A stretch of DNA of 64,000 nt from the NCBI RefSeq assembly GCF_009914755.1, contig NC_060932.1. One strand, given 5' to 3'. This document shows, piece after piece, positions 21,310 through 38,237 of this stretch (positions are counted from its first letter, which is position 1; each line of letters opens with the position of its first letter). The notes under the pieces are model-generated. The model did not search any database and was not told where the DNA came from. It saw only the letters and a list, made by a program, of their open reading frames with translations. This DNA is from the human T2T-CHM13v2.0 reference genome, Homo sapiens. The translations under genes and the position numbers were made by a program.

Positions 21310-21607
21310 TTTCTTTTTTTTTTTTTTGAGATAGAGTCTTGTTCTGTCGCCCAGGCTGGAGTGCAGTGGCACAATCTCGGCTCACTGCAACCTCTGCCTC
21401 CCGGGTTCAAGCAATTCTCTGCCTCAGCCTCCTGAGTACCTGAGATTACAGGCACCCGCCACCACACCTGTCTAATTTTTGTATTTTTTAGTAGAGATGG
21501 GGTTTCACCATGTTGGCCAGGGTGGTCTTGAACTCCTGAACTCGTGATCCACCCACGTCACTCTCCCAAAGTGCTGAGATTACAGGCATGAGCCACTGCA
21601 CCCGGCC
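21310..21607 (-). mobile_element. AluS
   Basis: Full antisense Alu; degenerate TSD tatttga(tt/ca)attttt on both sides. Confidence 0.95.
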
Positions 21608-21629
21608 TATTTGACAATTTTTATAACAC

Positions 21630-21900
21630 TTGCCAAGCTTCATATGGGAACAGAAAGGTGTCTTAGTGGGGAAACCAACAATAAACATGTAATCAAACAA
21701 GTGAACATGTAATCAGTAAGTAAAGCCCAAAGGAGGACAGGAGGCGGGAGCTGATTAGGGAAAGTGGCCAAAGAAAGCCCCTTTGAAGCAGTGACATTTA
21801 AGCCAGAACTCAATAATGAGAAGGGGAAAGCCTCAGGGGAAGATCTCTTTTAGGTAGAGGGGAAGAGGGAATGGGCCCTGAAGTGGAAAAATCTGATGAG
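21630..21900 (-). mobile_element. L2 fragment
   Basis: 'agggaaagtggccaaagaaagcccctttgaagcagtgacatttaagccagaactcaataatgagaagg'. Confidence 0.55.
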
Positions 21901-22699
21901 TTGTCCCTTTTTAGTTGTACTGGAAAATGTTTAATCAAATTTTGTGGATGTATATGTTTTTAACTTAAAATATAAAACACTGCCTTAGAGAAAAATCGAC
22001 TGAAAATCTGCACTTCTATGGGATGTTTAACAAATCGAATATTCTCTCTCCTTTGTGCAATTTCTGTGGCTTGGGGCCAGGTTCTTGTCTATGGAAGTGG
22101 AGAGGAAGATGTGAATCTGGTACAGTAAAAGAGGCTTCTCCCCATTTGCAACAAATATTGTAATGAAGGGTGCCATTCTGTTCTTTCCCACAGGCTTATG
22201 GAAAAGAAATACTATCAACTTAAATACAAAAGCATAAAATATATAATATTGCATTATGGCATCTAAGTGATTAATTTGAATAACATTTCTTCTTCTTTAG
22301 TCTTTTGGAAAAGTTATGTAAGAAATGCAGGCAACTTTTAAAAAATGAAATACAGTTTCTCTCCAAACAATAGCACAAGACTAAAATCATTCCAGATAGG
22401 AGTATTTGGCTATTTTTAGAGCATTTCCCAATGTGGATTAATAGAGTCAAGGTTATTTTGAAGACCAACAGTTATAGTATTTCTTTATTTCTTTAATTCT
22501 AATATCTTAGTTCCTCATCCCAGGACTATTATTTGAGATTTCTTTGGCAAATGCAGTAGGACTAAAGTTGGAAGCCTTCTGAGAAAGGCCCTTATCATCT
22601 TCTTAATGTGTCCCAGGAATTGTCAGTACAAGAGAAACCCTAATATGATAATTTTGCATATCATATCTGCTTAATTTGAGCATTAAAACATGTAATTCT

Positions 22700-22870
22700 A
22701 TCTGGTTTTCTCAACAACTTATGAAGTAGTCATTATTATCCCCATTCTATAGATGATGAAATTGAGGCTCAAGGAGGTCACAAAATTTACCCAACTTTAC
22801 ACATCTTGATAATTGCAAGTGAGTCATAAGCCTGTGGAGTTAGATGCTGTGCTTTGTTCACTATATGACT
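22700..22870 (-). mobile_element. MIR SINE
   Basis: Core 'attattatccccattctatagatgatgaaattgaggctcaaggaggt'. Confidence 0.8.
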
Positions 22871-25800
22871 ACCTCAAGCAATAATAATCTCTTATATGAG
22901 AACTACGCTTTGCCATTTTCAAGGTGCTTTTACAAACATAATTTGATCATTATAACCTTATAAAGTAAGCCTGACAGCTTTAGCTACTTATATACCTGAG
23001 AATATTTAGGCCCAAAGAGATTAACCACCTGCATGACTATTTTGGAGCTTTGTCATACCTAACAAACGTGTCCCTTTTGTGCGCAAAATGTTCTTTTAGA
23101 CAGTGCAATCATACTACGTTTTTAGACCTGGCCTGAGATGAAGCTTGTCTCCACCATCTTCTAGGTCCCTTTCTCCACTAAACTCAGTTGTGTGACTTCA
23201 GCACACTCTGACACATGTCTGATTTCCCCTCTACAGTATCCTCTCAACCAGGAGTGCTGTAAGCTGTTTCCAGAATGGGGGAGAAAAGCTCAATGGTCAG
23301 TTAACGTTTGAAAAATTCTTCACACTATAGCTCCAGTTTTGATACTACAATTTACTTCCACATATTAAAGGTTCTGAGAAGCACTGTGTACAAGAAACCT
23401 GTGTATATTCACCTAAATAGCACACTTAAATCTAAACAACTTTCAGAACAGCTTTTTAACATGTTGAACCTGATTAGTAACATATGCAACAATGCACTAC
23501 ATTACAGATATAGAAGGCTGAAGAGTGATAGGAATGAAAACAAGACCATTGCAAATGAAATAAGTAATGAGCTACAGACAGAAAAGGTTCACTGTAGCAG
23601 AGATTTGAGTTCCCAGTGCTTTTTTGTCACCTTAGCACAGTTCTGCACATAGGAATAAAAAGGTGAGGTAACCATTTCTGAAAATAATGTTTGGACTTTA
23701 TGAGAGCAGTTATGGAATAGTATACTATTTTGTTTTGTGTTAAACAATATTACAAGTGGCCACACACACTTAAAAAATCATATGATAGAACAGCTAATTT
23801 AGAATGTTAATATACTGAAGTACAATTGGCCATATCTGTAAGGAAGCCTCTTATTTTTCTTCCTTTCCTTCACTCTTAACTCTTCCCCTCTCCCTCCCTT
23901 CTTCCTTCTTTCATTCCTTTCTTTCTTGCTCTTCCTTACATTTTTGTAATATAATTGTCAATATAAAAGGCAAATCCTCCAAATTTAGTTTATTGATCCA
24001 ACCATTTGTACATTCCCTAAAAATCACGGTAACCTGCAAATTACAACTGAACTCCATCCATATCTCAAAAAATGTAATTATAATAGTGAACCACAGGAGA
24101 CTTTAGTTATTACAGGGATTTATGATGAAAGTAACTAATGAACAAAGGCAGAGCATAATTTATAAAATTGGCCAACCTGGAATAAGGGAGGAAGCCACTC
24201 ATCCCCATCACCAATACACCTCTCTTAGTAACTGCTACTGTCTCATATTTTATAAAGAAAAAAATAATATTCTTCCTACACAAAGCTTAAAGCAAAATCC
24301 CATTTAGGAACAAATTTTAACAATTTACTGGATTAATCCCAATTTTTTTTAAATTTTTCAATCCTCTAATTTTAATTAAGTTACTAAAGGGACATACAAA
24401 TAATTGAATCAAAAAATAATGAACTATTGATTCTTTTGTTGTGAATTCATTCTACTCCTTGACATATACTTTGAGGCCACAGTGCACTATATGAGCAAAT
24501 TATAGTACATGAAGCTGAATTTGAAGAAGAAATGACAGCTATGATTTTCTCATTAAAATCAGCCTAAAACAATGTTTGCATTCAGAATTAACCAAGCATT
24601 TTCAATATGTCTTAATTTTCTAATACTGACTGCCACTGGAAATCTATAGAGTATATAAGCTAGAAACCCCTCACTGTCACTCAGAATTTTTGCAAGATTT
24701 TAAACAAACAGACATAATTAAAAATTAAAAATATACAGAGGAAAATACAAAATTGTTGCCAAAGTTATAGAATTTTCTCTCATCTTTGTGTTCTTTTGTG
24801 GATTCAGTGAGAACAAATGAATAAAGGGGAAATGTATATTTTTTAATCTTTTACTCATACATTGACAATTTTTGAAGCAAGCTGCTCAATTCAATTTATT
24901 GCTTAATTTTATATTATGCATTTGGCCTGGCACATACCTGGGAAATCTCTTTGGCCATTTCTGCTGGTATTTGCAGGAAACCAAACAATATATGCACTTA
25001 AAAGGCAGAAACCAAAAGTATATCGATTATCCTTGTGTGTGTGTGGGTGCCATTTATTGCTTTGTGTGTAGGGGAACACTACCCTTTGAACTGAGACATT
25101 TTTCTTCTTTCCCCTTTCTTACTACAAGCATCTAAGTTTTCCTAAATATCAAAAGAGCCCAGAAGTATACCTGAAATAAAAACCGTTTTCCTTTATGTAA
25201 TTATCAAGGGGCTTTTAGAGTATCTTTCCCCAGTGATTACAGGGTATTTCCACATAGGCTGTCATTTTAAGGTGAAAAATTCGCAAGGACAGTCACACCA
25301 TCTGTCATCAACTGGGTTCCCTGACACCCAGAGCTGCTCTGAAATGGCCAGCGGCTTCACGCATAACAAAGACCTTGCCCCTTGGCATTGTTTATTCCTT
25401 GACCTGTGCAGAGAGTCCTTCAAAAGAGGCTTTACTGAAACTATTTCAGGGTTGCTTTCCAGGGGCAGAATTTTCTAAAGAGAAAAATTATTTATGCATA
25501 TAGAAAGTTTGAAATGCTCTCGCCTTAAAACTAAACAAATAGAATAAACCCCAGAAGAATTTTGTTCTTACATTTGTTTCTTTGATTCCTGAATGAACAC
25601 TTACTTAGCATTATTTTTATCCTTTTTGCTTTTGAAAGTTTATTTAAGATATAATTTAGGTGTTAAGCAAGCCATACATAAAGATCAGAGTGTTAAATGT
25701 AACTGGACCATTGAAATACAGAAGCTGTGCCATAATAACTGAAAAATACACCTTCTGACCAACAAAACCCCAGTGCCTCTCCCTGTGGAAGTCACAGACA

Positions 25801-27159
25801 AGCTATTCTTACTGCCATGTCAAGCACCACTTACGACTTACAAATACAATACAGTACAATCACACTGTAGGTCACTTCTGCCCAAAGAAGGATTACAGCT
25901 GTAGCTCACAATATTTATGAAAGAAACACAACCACTCACAAAGATAAAATGTCAACTATTGTAAAACATTTTTACTAAGAAATGTCTACTCTCATACACC
26001 TGACATATAAAGACATAAGCTGAAGCTACCTCTCTTTCAATTTGCATGGCTGCAAAATATGTGTTCTTCAACTTATGGAAATCTAAGTTAGGGTTCTTAT
26101 AACAGAATGAGACTTGAAAATTAGGCAGATCATTGTTAAAAGAAGCTGCAGCCATTTCTAGGAATGAATGAATAAACACAAAAGGATATTCTCTCTGTCA
26201 ACATAATTAATGGCAAGATTTTATGAGCTTCATTTAGTCCCCAAGACATAGTTATATACAATACATGGAGTGTGTGTTTATGTGCACATAGTATAAATAT
26301 GTAAAAGTCACATCATTAAATCTTTTATTTGTCTGTATTCATAATACACAAAGCTGTTTTTAAATTATTTAAAGGTCTATTCTCTCTTCCATATACATTA
26401 ATACTAATAAGAGTTGCCGTCAACATCAAAGGGAAGCTAGACCCCTAATTAGAGTTCCAATCTGCCCTGAGAGTTGCTTTGCAGAGAGAACAAATATGAA
26501 ATAAGCTGAGCATTAGGGAAACTAATAATCAGTCCTCATTCTCAACTTCTGATTATTGCAAGAATCCGGTGATTTCTTAGCAGTAATATATACTCATGTT
26601 CCATCACAATTTATAAATGGAAAAATTCCTAATGAACAATTTCCAAGGAAAAAGATAATAGTTAAAACATATAAATCTGTCATGTCTTCATATGTTAGGA
26701 TATGAGACAGTTACAATAGCTCCAGAAATTTCAAGTAAATTTAGAATTTAGAATTTTTGATATTGCCTGACTTGCTTTAACCCCGTTGGGTTAAAGCCTT
26801 TAGGGTTTTGATCTTGTGGTCTTTCAAAGGGCAAATTCCCTATTGGAAATTTTCTGATTACCTATGAGAATAGTATTGAAATGTCAGCCATTTATTAAAC
26901 AAACATTTGGTGAGAAGCCTCTATGTACCATAAATTGTGTTAGTTGCTGTAAACATAAAAACCAAAAAACAGTTGTTATCCTGTTGTTGCTAAATGGTTA
27001 AAGCAGGAAACAACTAAATAGATATAAAGTCGAGCATATGACAAAAGCTATTTCTAAATATCAGAGTAATATATGCAAATGTTTAAGGATCTCAAATGAA
27101 AAGAAAAATGTATCTTATAACTTTAATTTGACTGCTACTTTAATTTTCCTGTTCCCGAT

Positions 27160-27645
27160 AGTCTTTCAAAATCATCACTATGACAAATTTCATACATACA
27201 CAAAAAAGACAGAAAAGCATAATGGATTCACACATATGTATCACCAGTTTCATCAATTATCAACTAATGGCAATCTTGTTTATCTCTATCTTCTTTCATG
27301 TTGTTTTAAAGAAAATCCCAGACACCCTATAATTCCATCTATAAATATCTCAGTATATATCTGTGAAAAAGAACCACAATGTTATCACCTTAAAATTAAT
27401 AACAATTCATGAATATTATAAAATATCTGATAAGGACACAAATTAAATTGATTTTCAAATATCATACTAAGTGTTTAAAAATAAGGATAAAGTAAGACTG
27501 ACCTACTTTTAATCCATAGGTTCTCTCTTCTTCTCTACCTTCTTTTTTACTGCTCTCAATTTATTACTTGAAGAAACTGGATAATTTTATTCTATAGATT
27601 TTCCAAAAGACTCAATTTTGCTAATTGCATCTTTGTGGTCATTTT
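27160..27645 (-). mobile_element. Old L1MC/L1ME 3' UTR fragment, antisense
   Basis: 'aaatttcatacatacacaaaaaagacagaaaagcataatg...gttttaaagaaaatcccagaca...cacaatgttatcaccttaaaattaataacaattc'. Confidence 0.6.
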
Positions 27646-27704
27646 TGGAAATTACTAGGGTAACAATAATTATTATGAAAAAGTATTAAATAAATGAAAC
27701 AATT

Positions 27705-27705
<1 letters not shown>

Positions 27706-27758
<53 letters not shown>
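27706..27758. repeat. (TATC)13 tetranucleotide microsatellite
   Basis: Pure TATC array read directly. Confidence 0.98.
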
Positions 27759-27759
<1 letters not shown>

Positions 27760-27779
27760 GCCTTTCTAGCCTGGAATAT

Positions 27780-28920
27780 TTGATTACAGAAAATTTGTCT
27801 CTATAAAAGAATTATACCTGATAAATGTCGAATAAATGGAAGAATTAGAAAAAAATCACCATTTTGAAACCTCTATTCAAATGATGTATCCAAGTTGCAA
27901 TCATCAATGGCTGTTAAACTCATTATGTGATAAGTTAATGGTTGGATGAGGCTGACAACATCTGAACTCACTGATTAATAGTAACATGACCGAACTGGGA
28001 TGGTAAGAAACTCCATGCCTTGTGATCTGATGCAAGGAATCACAGAGCATTATCCATGAGCTACTGTGGTCAATAAACAATTTACCATATTGAATCCAGT
28101 CTCTACATCGACTACCATTTTATAGGAAACATGAGGGATAGTACAGCATGTTAAATGTCATCATAAAGATGCCATAAGCATGTCCAGAATATGGAGAATG
28201 TTATAAAAAATAAAATAATCCAGTTTTCAAAGAAATGAATGCTTTGAAACATAGCAGGGGAGGAATAACTGCTACATATTAAAACATACTTAAGAGGTGA
28301 GTCAACAAAAAACAATGTAAGAATATTCAGAGATATTGATTCAAGTGAATTAACATTTATTGAATCAAGATGAAAAAGTAAAAATACACTTTTGAGACAA
28401 GTAGCAATTCTGACCTTGCAATCTTGGCACTGTGTTTATTTTTTAAATTTGTTTTTGTTAGAAATATACATTTAGGTATTTATGAGAAAAATAATAGATA
28501 GGTGGGTACCCTTAAAAAGGCTATAGTAAGGTAGGCCAAGATGGGTGGATCACAAGGTCAGGAGATCAAGACCATCCTGGCCAATGTGGTGAAACCCCAT
28601 CTCTACTAAAAATACAAAAATTACCTGGGCGTGGTGGTGCGTGCCTGTAATCCCACCTACTTGGAAGGCTGAGGCAGGAGAATTGCTTGAACCAGGGAGT
28701 CAGGTTGCAGTGAGCCAAGATCGTGCCACTGCACTCCAGCCTGGTGACAGAGTGAGATTCCATCTCAAGAAAAAAAAAATACTATAGCAGTCGGGTGAAA
28801 TGAGGCAAGCTACAGTGAAAGATGAAACAAGAATGCAAAATGTTGATAATTATCAAAATTGGTTGATGGATATATTGGGTTTCATCTGCATGTTTGAGCA
28901 TTTTTATATTAAAGTTTATA
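27780..28920 (+). mobile_element. Old L1ME/L1MC 3' UTR interrupted by an Alu
   Basis: 'aaatggaagaattagaaaaaaatcaccattttg...atcatcaatggctgttaaactcatt', ending 'tgtttgagcatttttatattaaag'. Confidence 0.6.
28533..28779 (+). mobile_element. 5'-truncated AluS (AluSc-like)
   Basis: 'ggatcacaaggtcaggagatcaagaccatcctggccaa' followed by the Alu body and A-tail. Confidence 0.9.
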
Positions 28921-28998
28921 TCAAAAGGGTAATCATTCATTTTCCAGCTGGAGTTATCTTTGATTACTTACCTACCATGAGATTAAGAATGAAGGTGA

Positions 28999-29142
28999 AA
29001 TTAAAAGTGGGTATAAATATGACTGCAGAACTGTTCCTGAGCTGTTGCTCCAGGCACACTGCCTATAGGCTAGCCCTGCTCCATAAAGAACAGTACCTCT
29101 GCTGCTGCTATACACTGTCGCTTCAATAAAAGTTGCTGTCTA
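28999..29142 (+). mobile_element. ERV1 LTR fragment (LTR10C-like, HERV-I group), from TATA box to just past the polyA signal
   Basis: 'gggtataaatatgactgcag...gcacactgcctataggctagccctgctcc...cagtacctctgctgctgct...cttcaataaaagttgctgtcta' shows a TATA plus AATAAA LTR layout; family name recalled from consensus, not verified. Confidence 0.6.
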
Positions 29143-30158
29143 GGTCCGGTTCCAAGATGGCCAAATAGGAACAGCTACAGTCAACAGCTCCCAGCGTGAG
29201 TGATGCATAAGACAGGTGATTTCTGCATTTCCAATTGAGGTACTGGGTTCATCTCACTGGGGCTTGTTGGACAGTGGGTGCAGTCCACGGAGTGTGAGCT
29301 GAAGCAGGGCGGGGCGTTGTCTCACCGGGGAAGTGCAAGGGGTCAGGGAATTCCCTTTTCTAGCCATGGGAAACCGTGACAGACGGTACCTGGGAAATCG
29401 GGAAACTCCCACCCTAATACTGCGCTTTTCCAATGGTCTTAGCAAATGGCACACCAGGAGATTATATCCCGCATTTGGCTCAGAGGGTCCCACGCCCACA
29501 GAGCCTGGCTCACTGCTAGCACAGCAGTCTGAGATCGAACTGCAAGGCAGCAGTGAGGTTGGGGGAGGGGCACCCGCAATTGCTGAGGCTTGAGAAGGTA
29601 AACAAAGCAGCCTGAAAGTTCGAACTGGGTGGAGCCCACCGCAGCTCAAGGAGGCCTGCCTGCCTCTGCAGACTCCACCTCTGGGGGCAGGGCATAGCTG
29701 AATAAAGGCAGCAGAAACTAACTTCTGCAGACTTAAACGTCCTTGTCTGACAGCTTTGAAGAGAGTAGTGGTTCTCCCAGCATGGAGTTTGAGATCTGAG
29801 AATGGACAGACTGCCTCCTCAAGTGGGTCTCTGACCCCCAGGTAGCCTAACTGGGAGACACCTCCCAGTAGGGGCACATTGACACTTCATAAAGCTGGGT
29901 GCCCCTCTGAGACGAAGCTTCCAGAGGAAGGATCAGGCAGCAACATTTGCCGTTCTACAATATTTGCTATTCTGCAGCCTCCGCTGGTGATACCCAGGCA
30001 AACAGGGTCTGGAGTGGACCTCCAGCAAACTCCAACAGATCTGCAGCTGAGGGACCTGACTGTTAAAAGGAAAACTAACAAACAGAAAGGACACCCACAC
30101 CAAAACACCATCTGTACGTCACCATCATCAAAGATCAAAGGTAGATAAAACCACAAAG

Positions 30159-31181
30159 GTGGGGAGAAACCAGAGAAGAAAAGCTGAAAATTCTAAAAAT
30201 CAGTGCACCTCTTCTCCTCCACAGGAACGCAGCTCCTTGCCAGCAATGGAACAAGCTTGATGGAGAATGACTTTGACGAGTTGAGAGAAGAAGGCTTCAG
30301 ACGATCGGTAATAACAAACTTCTCCGAGCTAAAGGAGGATGTTCGAACCCATCACAAAGAAGCTAAAAACCTCGAAAAAAGATTAGACGAATGGCTAACT
30401 AGAATAAACAGCATAGAGAAGACCTTAAATGACCTCAAGGAGCTGAAAACCATGGCACGAGAACTACATGACACATGCACAAGCTTCATTAGCTGATTCG
30501 ATCAAGTGGAAGAAAGGATATCAGTGATTGAAGATCAAATGAATGAAATGAAGTGAGAAGAGAAGTTTAGAGAAAAAAGAGTAAAAAGAAATGAACAAAG
30601 CCTCCAAGAAATATGGGACTATGTAAAAATACCAAATCTACGTCTGATTGGTGTACCTGAAAGTGACAGGGAGAATGGAACCAAGTTGGAAAACACTCTT
30701 CAGGATATTATAGAGGAGAACTTCCCCAATCTAGCAAGGCAGGCCAACATTCACATTGAGGAAATACAGAAAACTCCACAAAGATACTCCGCGAGAAGAG
30801 TAACACCAAGACACATAATTGTTAGATTCACCAAAGTTGAAACAAAGGAAAAATGTTAAGGGCAGCCAGAGAGAAAGGTCGGGTTAGCCACAAAGGGAAT
30901 CCCATCAGACTAACAGCAGATCTCTCAGCAGAAACTCTAAAAGCCAGAAGAGATAGGGGCCAATATTCAACATTCTTAAAGAAAAGAATTTTCAACCCAG
31001 AATTTCATATCCAGCCAAACTAAGCTTCACAAGTGAAGGAGAAATAAAATCCTTTACAGACAAGCAAATGCTGAGAGATTTTGTCACCACCAGGCCTGCC
31101 TTACAAGAGCTCCTGAAGGAAGCACTAAACATGGAAAGGAACAACCAGTACCAGCCACTGCAAAAACATGCCAAATTGTAA
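30159..31181 (+). pseudogene. L1 ORF1p remnant (start mutated to GTG, frameshifts and stops)
   Basis: Fragment 'MENDFDELREEGFRRS...LEKRLDEWLTRI'; ends 'ccaaattgtaa'. Confidence 0.9.
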
Positions 31182-31230
31182 AAAACCATTGATGCTAGGA
31201 AGAAACTGCATCAAATAACGAGCAAAATAA

Positions 31231-35058
<3,828 letters not shown>

Positions 35059-35399
35059 ACAATGAGAACAGTTGGACACAGGGTGGGGAACATAACACAC
35101 TGAGGCCTGTCATGGGGTGGGGAGGGAGGGGGACGGATAGCATTAGGAGAAATACCTAATGTAAATGACGAGTTAATGGGTGCAGCACACCAACATGGCC
35201 CATGTATACATATGTAACAAACCTGCACATTGTGCACATGTACCCTAGAACTTAAAGTATAATAATAATAATAAAAAAAAAGAATGACGCCGAGCAGATT
35301 TTAAGCAAGATTCTTCTTGGGCAATTTCTTTATGTTTTAGATAAAAAGGTATACACACTTTATTGAAAAGTCTCCCAACTGTGCCCAGATCTTCATGAC

Positions 35400-35552
35400 T
35401 TAAGGTATAGCCTGTGGACCAGCAGACTTGCCAATACCATAGCACCTGCTAGAAGTGCAGAATCTCAGATCCGACCCTTCAATTGATGAATTTTATAAAA
35501 GGTTCCCAGGTGATTCCTATGCACATAAAAGTTTGAGAAACACTCGTCTAGA
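35400..35552. mobile_element. MER5A-type hAT MITE
   Basis: 'ctgctagaagtgcagaatctcag...cccaggtgattcctatgcacataaaagtttgagaaacact'. Confidence 0.75.
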
Positions 35553-35849
35553 TGCCATTCTCTTCATAATCTATTGTCACTATTTTCTAAAACAAATATA
35601 TTCAATATTTTTCACTAGCTCCTTCTAAACTGTATATAAACAAGCTTAAATTTCTCTCATCTTAAACATAAAATAAATTAACAAACAAACAATAAACAAA
35701 ACTGATTTCAATGTAATCTTGACCTAGAACCCTTGGCTTCCATGAGAAACTCATGTATCCTTAAACCAAATCCTCTCTTTCTGCTTAAGCTTATTCTAAT
35801 AGGTTTCTGTTGCCAGAAACCTTAGAATCCAAACTCATGAAAGGCCTAT

Positions 35850-36183
<334 letters not shown>

Positions 36184-36520
36184 TAACTTTCTATTTTCAG
36201 TGAAATTTTGTCCATGCCCAAATAGCTTCTACTGCTTTCCACAGTTAATATTCCCCAAATTTCTGTCAAAGTTTTTTCTCCCTAGGGTAAATCTACTATT
36301 TTGTGTTCCATAGTCACTTCCTAATCAATCTGTTCAAAACTGAATTTTTTATCATCTCACAAAACTTATTTCTCTTCAAACATTTCAATTTCAGTTTTAA
36401 TGGCACCATTTACCCAGTCACAATTGTTTGAAAATGAAGAGTCATCCTTGACTTCATATTAACATAACTGTTGTAGTTCAAACTCTAACCTTCTCTCACA
36501 TACATTCATCAATACATTTC

Positions 36521-36853
36521 TGTGATAGTTAAGTTTGTGCCAACTTGGAGGGTATTTTCAAAGAAATTAACATTTTAATCAGTAAACTTTGGGTAAAGAA
36601 GATTGCCATCCATAATGTGGGTGAGCCTCTTCCAACCAGATGAAGGTCTGAATAGCACAAAAAAGACTGGCCTCCCTGAGCTACAAGGAATTCTTAAGTA
36701 GTCTGCCTTCAGACTTTATCTGTACCACCAACTATCCTGGATCACAAACCCACCAGCCTATGCTGCACATTTAGACTTGCCAGTTTACACAATCATGTGA
36801 AACAAATACACATTCTGTTCATTTTGTTTCTCTGGACATCTCTGACCATTACA
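36521..36853 (+). mobile_element. MLT2-type (ERVL) LTR
   Basis: 'tgtgatagttaa...attaacattttaatcagtaaactttgggtaaagaagattgccatccataatgtgggtgagcctc...gtttctctggacatctctgaccattaca'. Confidence 0.8.
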
Positions 36854-38237
36854 GATTTTGGTAGCAAGAAGCAGGGTCCTGCTATAACATATGCCTAAAA
36901 ATGTGGAAATGAATTTGGAATTAGGTAATTGGTAGAGGCTAGTGGAGTTTTAAGGCACATGTGAGAAAAAGGCTAGATTGCCTTGATGGGACAGTTGGTA
37001 AGCATGTGGTCATTAAAAATAATTCTGGTGAGGTCTCAGATGGAAATGAGGAACATGTTGTTGGAAACTGGAGGAAAAGTGATCCTGTTCAAAAGTGGCA
37101 AAGAACCTTGCTGAGTTCTTGGTATTTTATCTTAGTAAATTTTATCATAGTATTTTATCGTAGTAAATATCAGTATTTTCTGAAAAGTTGAAGTTAATTG
37201 TGGAGGAACTTAAATATTTAGCTGAAGAGGTTTCTAAGCAAAGTGTTAAAGGTGCAGCCTGGTTTCTCTTAACTGCTTACAGTAAAATGCAAGAAAACAG
37301 ACAGATAAATTAAAGGAATTGTTACACAAAAAGGAACCAAAATGTGAATATTTGAAAACGTTAGCCTATCCATATTGCAAGAAAAGATAAAGTGTGCTCT
37401 GGAGAGACCATCAAGGGTGTGGCTGAACAATCACTCCATGAAGAGATTACTCATGGATTGAATCAAACATCTTGGCAGAACGCAAGAATAGAGATGGGAT
37501 TATACCAGTTGAAACACTGCCAGTTTGAACTAAAGGGGGCAGAGATGGGATTAAATAAAGGAGGATTTTATAGGATGGAACAATAGAGCCATCAGGCTGT
37601 GAAAATGCCTTGTCATTCAAGAACAATAAAGAAGACAATACAGAAATCAGCACGGCTGCCCCTGCTACCACAGGTCCAGAATGCACAAATCTGTGGAACA
37701 AGGCTGTCTCCTCCTCCTTTCAGTGCACAAGGCTGCAGCCCATCAGTGCCCCAGGGGTCATGCAACCAGTCACAGCCATTGGAGGGGGTGGGGCAATGCC
37801 CATGGCTATAGGAGCAACACTGCTTGCTGCACAAGTAAGTCTGAAGGACAGAGCATGTTGTCAGAGGATTATTCTCAAGCCTTAAAATCGAATGGAATTT
37901 TTCTTGTTAGGTTTTCCATTTGCTTAGGACCCATCACACCTCACTTATTTCCAGTCTGCCCCTTCTGGAATGGGAATGTCGATCCTATGCTTGTTCTATC
38001 ATTGTATTTTAAAAGGACATAACTTGTCTGGTTTCACGGATTCACAGTTGGAGAGGAATTTTGCCTCAGGATAAACCATAGCTTTGAGTCTTACACCTGA
38101 TTTAGGTTAATACTTAGATGAGACTTTGGACTTAGAGCTGATGCTGAACCGAGTAAGACTGTGGCGCTGTTTCAAGGTGAAGTGAGTGCATCTTGCATGT
38201 GAAGAGGACGTGAATTTTGGAGGTCTAGCAGGACAAA
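36854..38237 (+). mobile_element. MaLR internal sequence (MLT1A-int type)
   Basis: 'gattttggta...cctaaaaatgtggaa...ttctggtgaggtctcagatggaaatgaggaacatgttgttggaaactggagg', 'ttggagaggaattttgcctcagga' and terminal 'gaattttggagg'. Confidence 0.8.

Noticed and set aside
18795-27412. Unique-sequence ORFs of 114-124 aa (18795, 23308, 27038)
   Set aside because: No recognisable protein similarity, AT-rich composition, and partial overlap with old repeats; consistent with chance ORFs.
36961-38022. Cluster of overlapping ORFs as a host gene
   Set aside because: They lie within decayed MaLR internal sequence, with no continuous frame.
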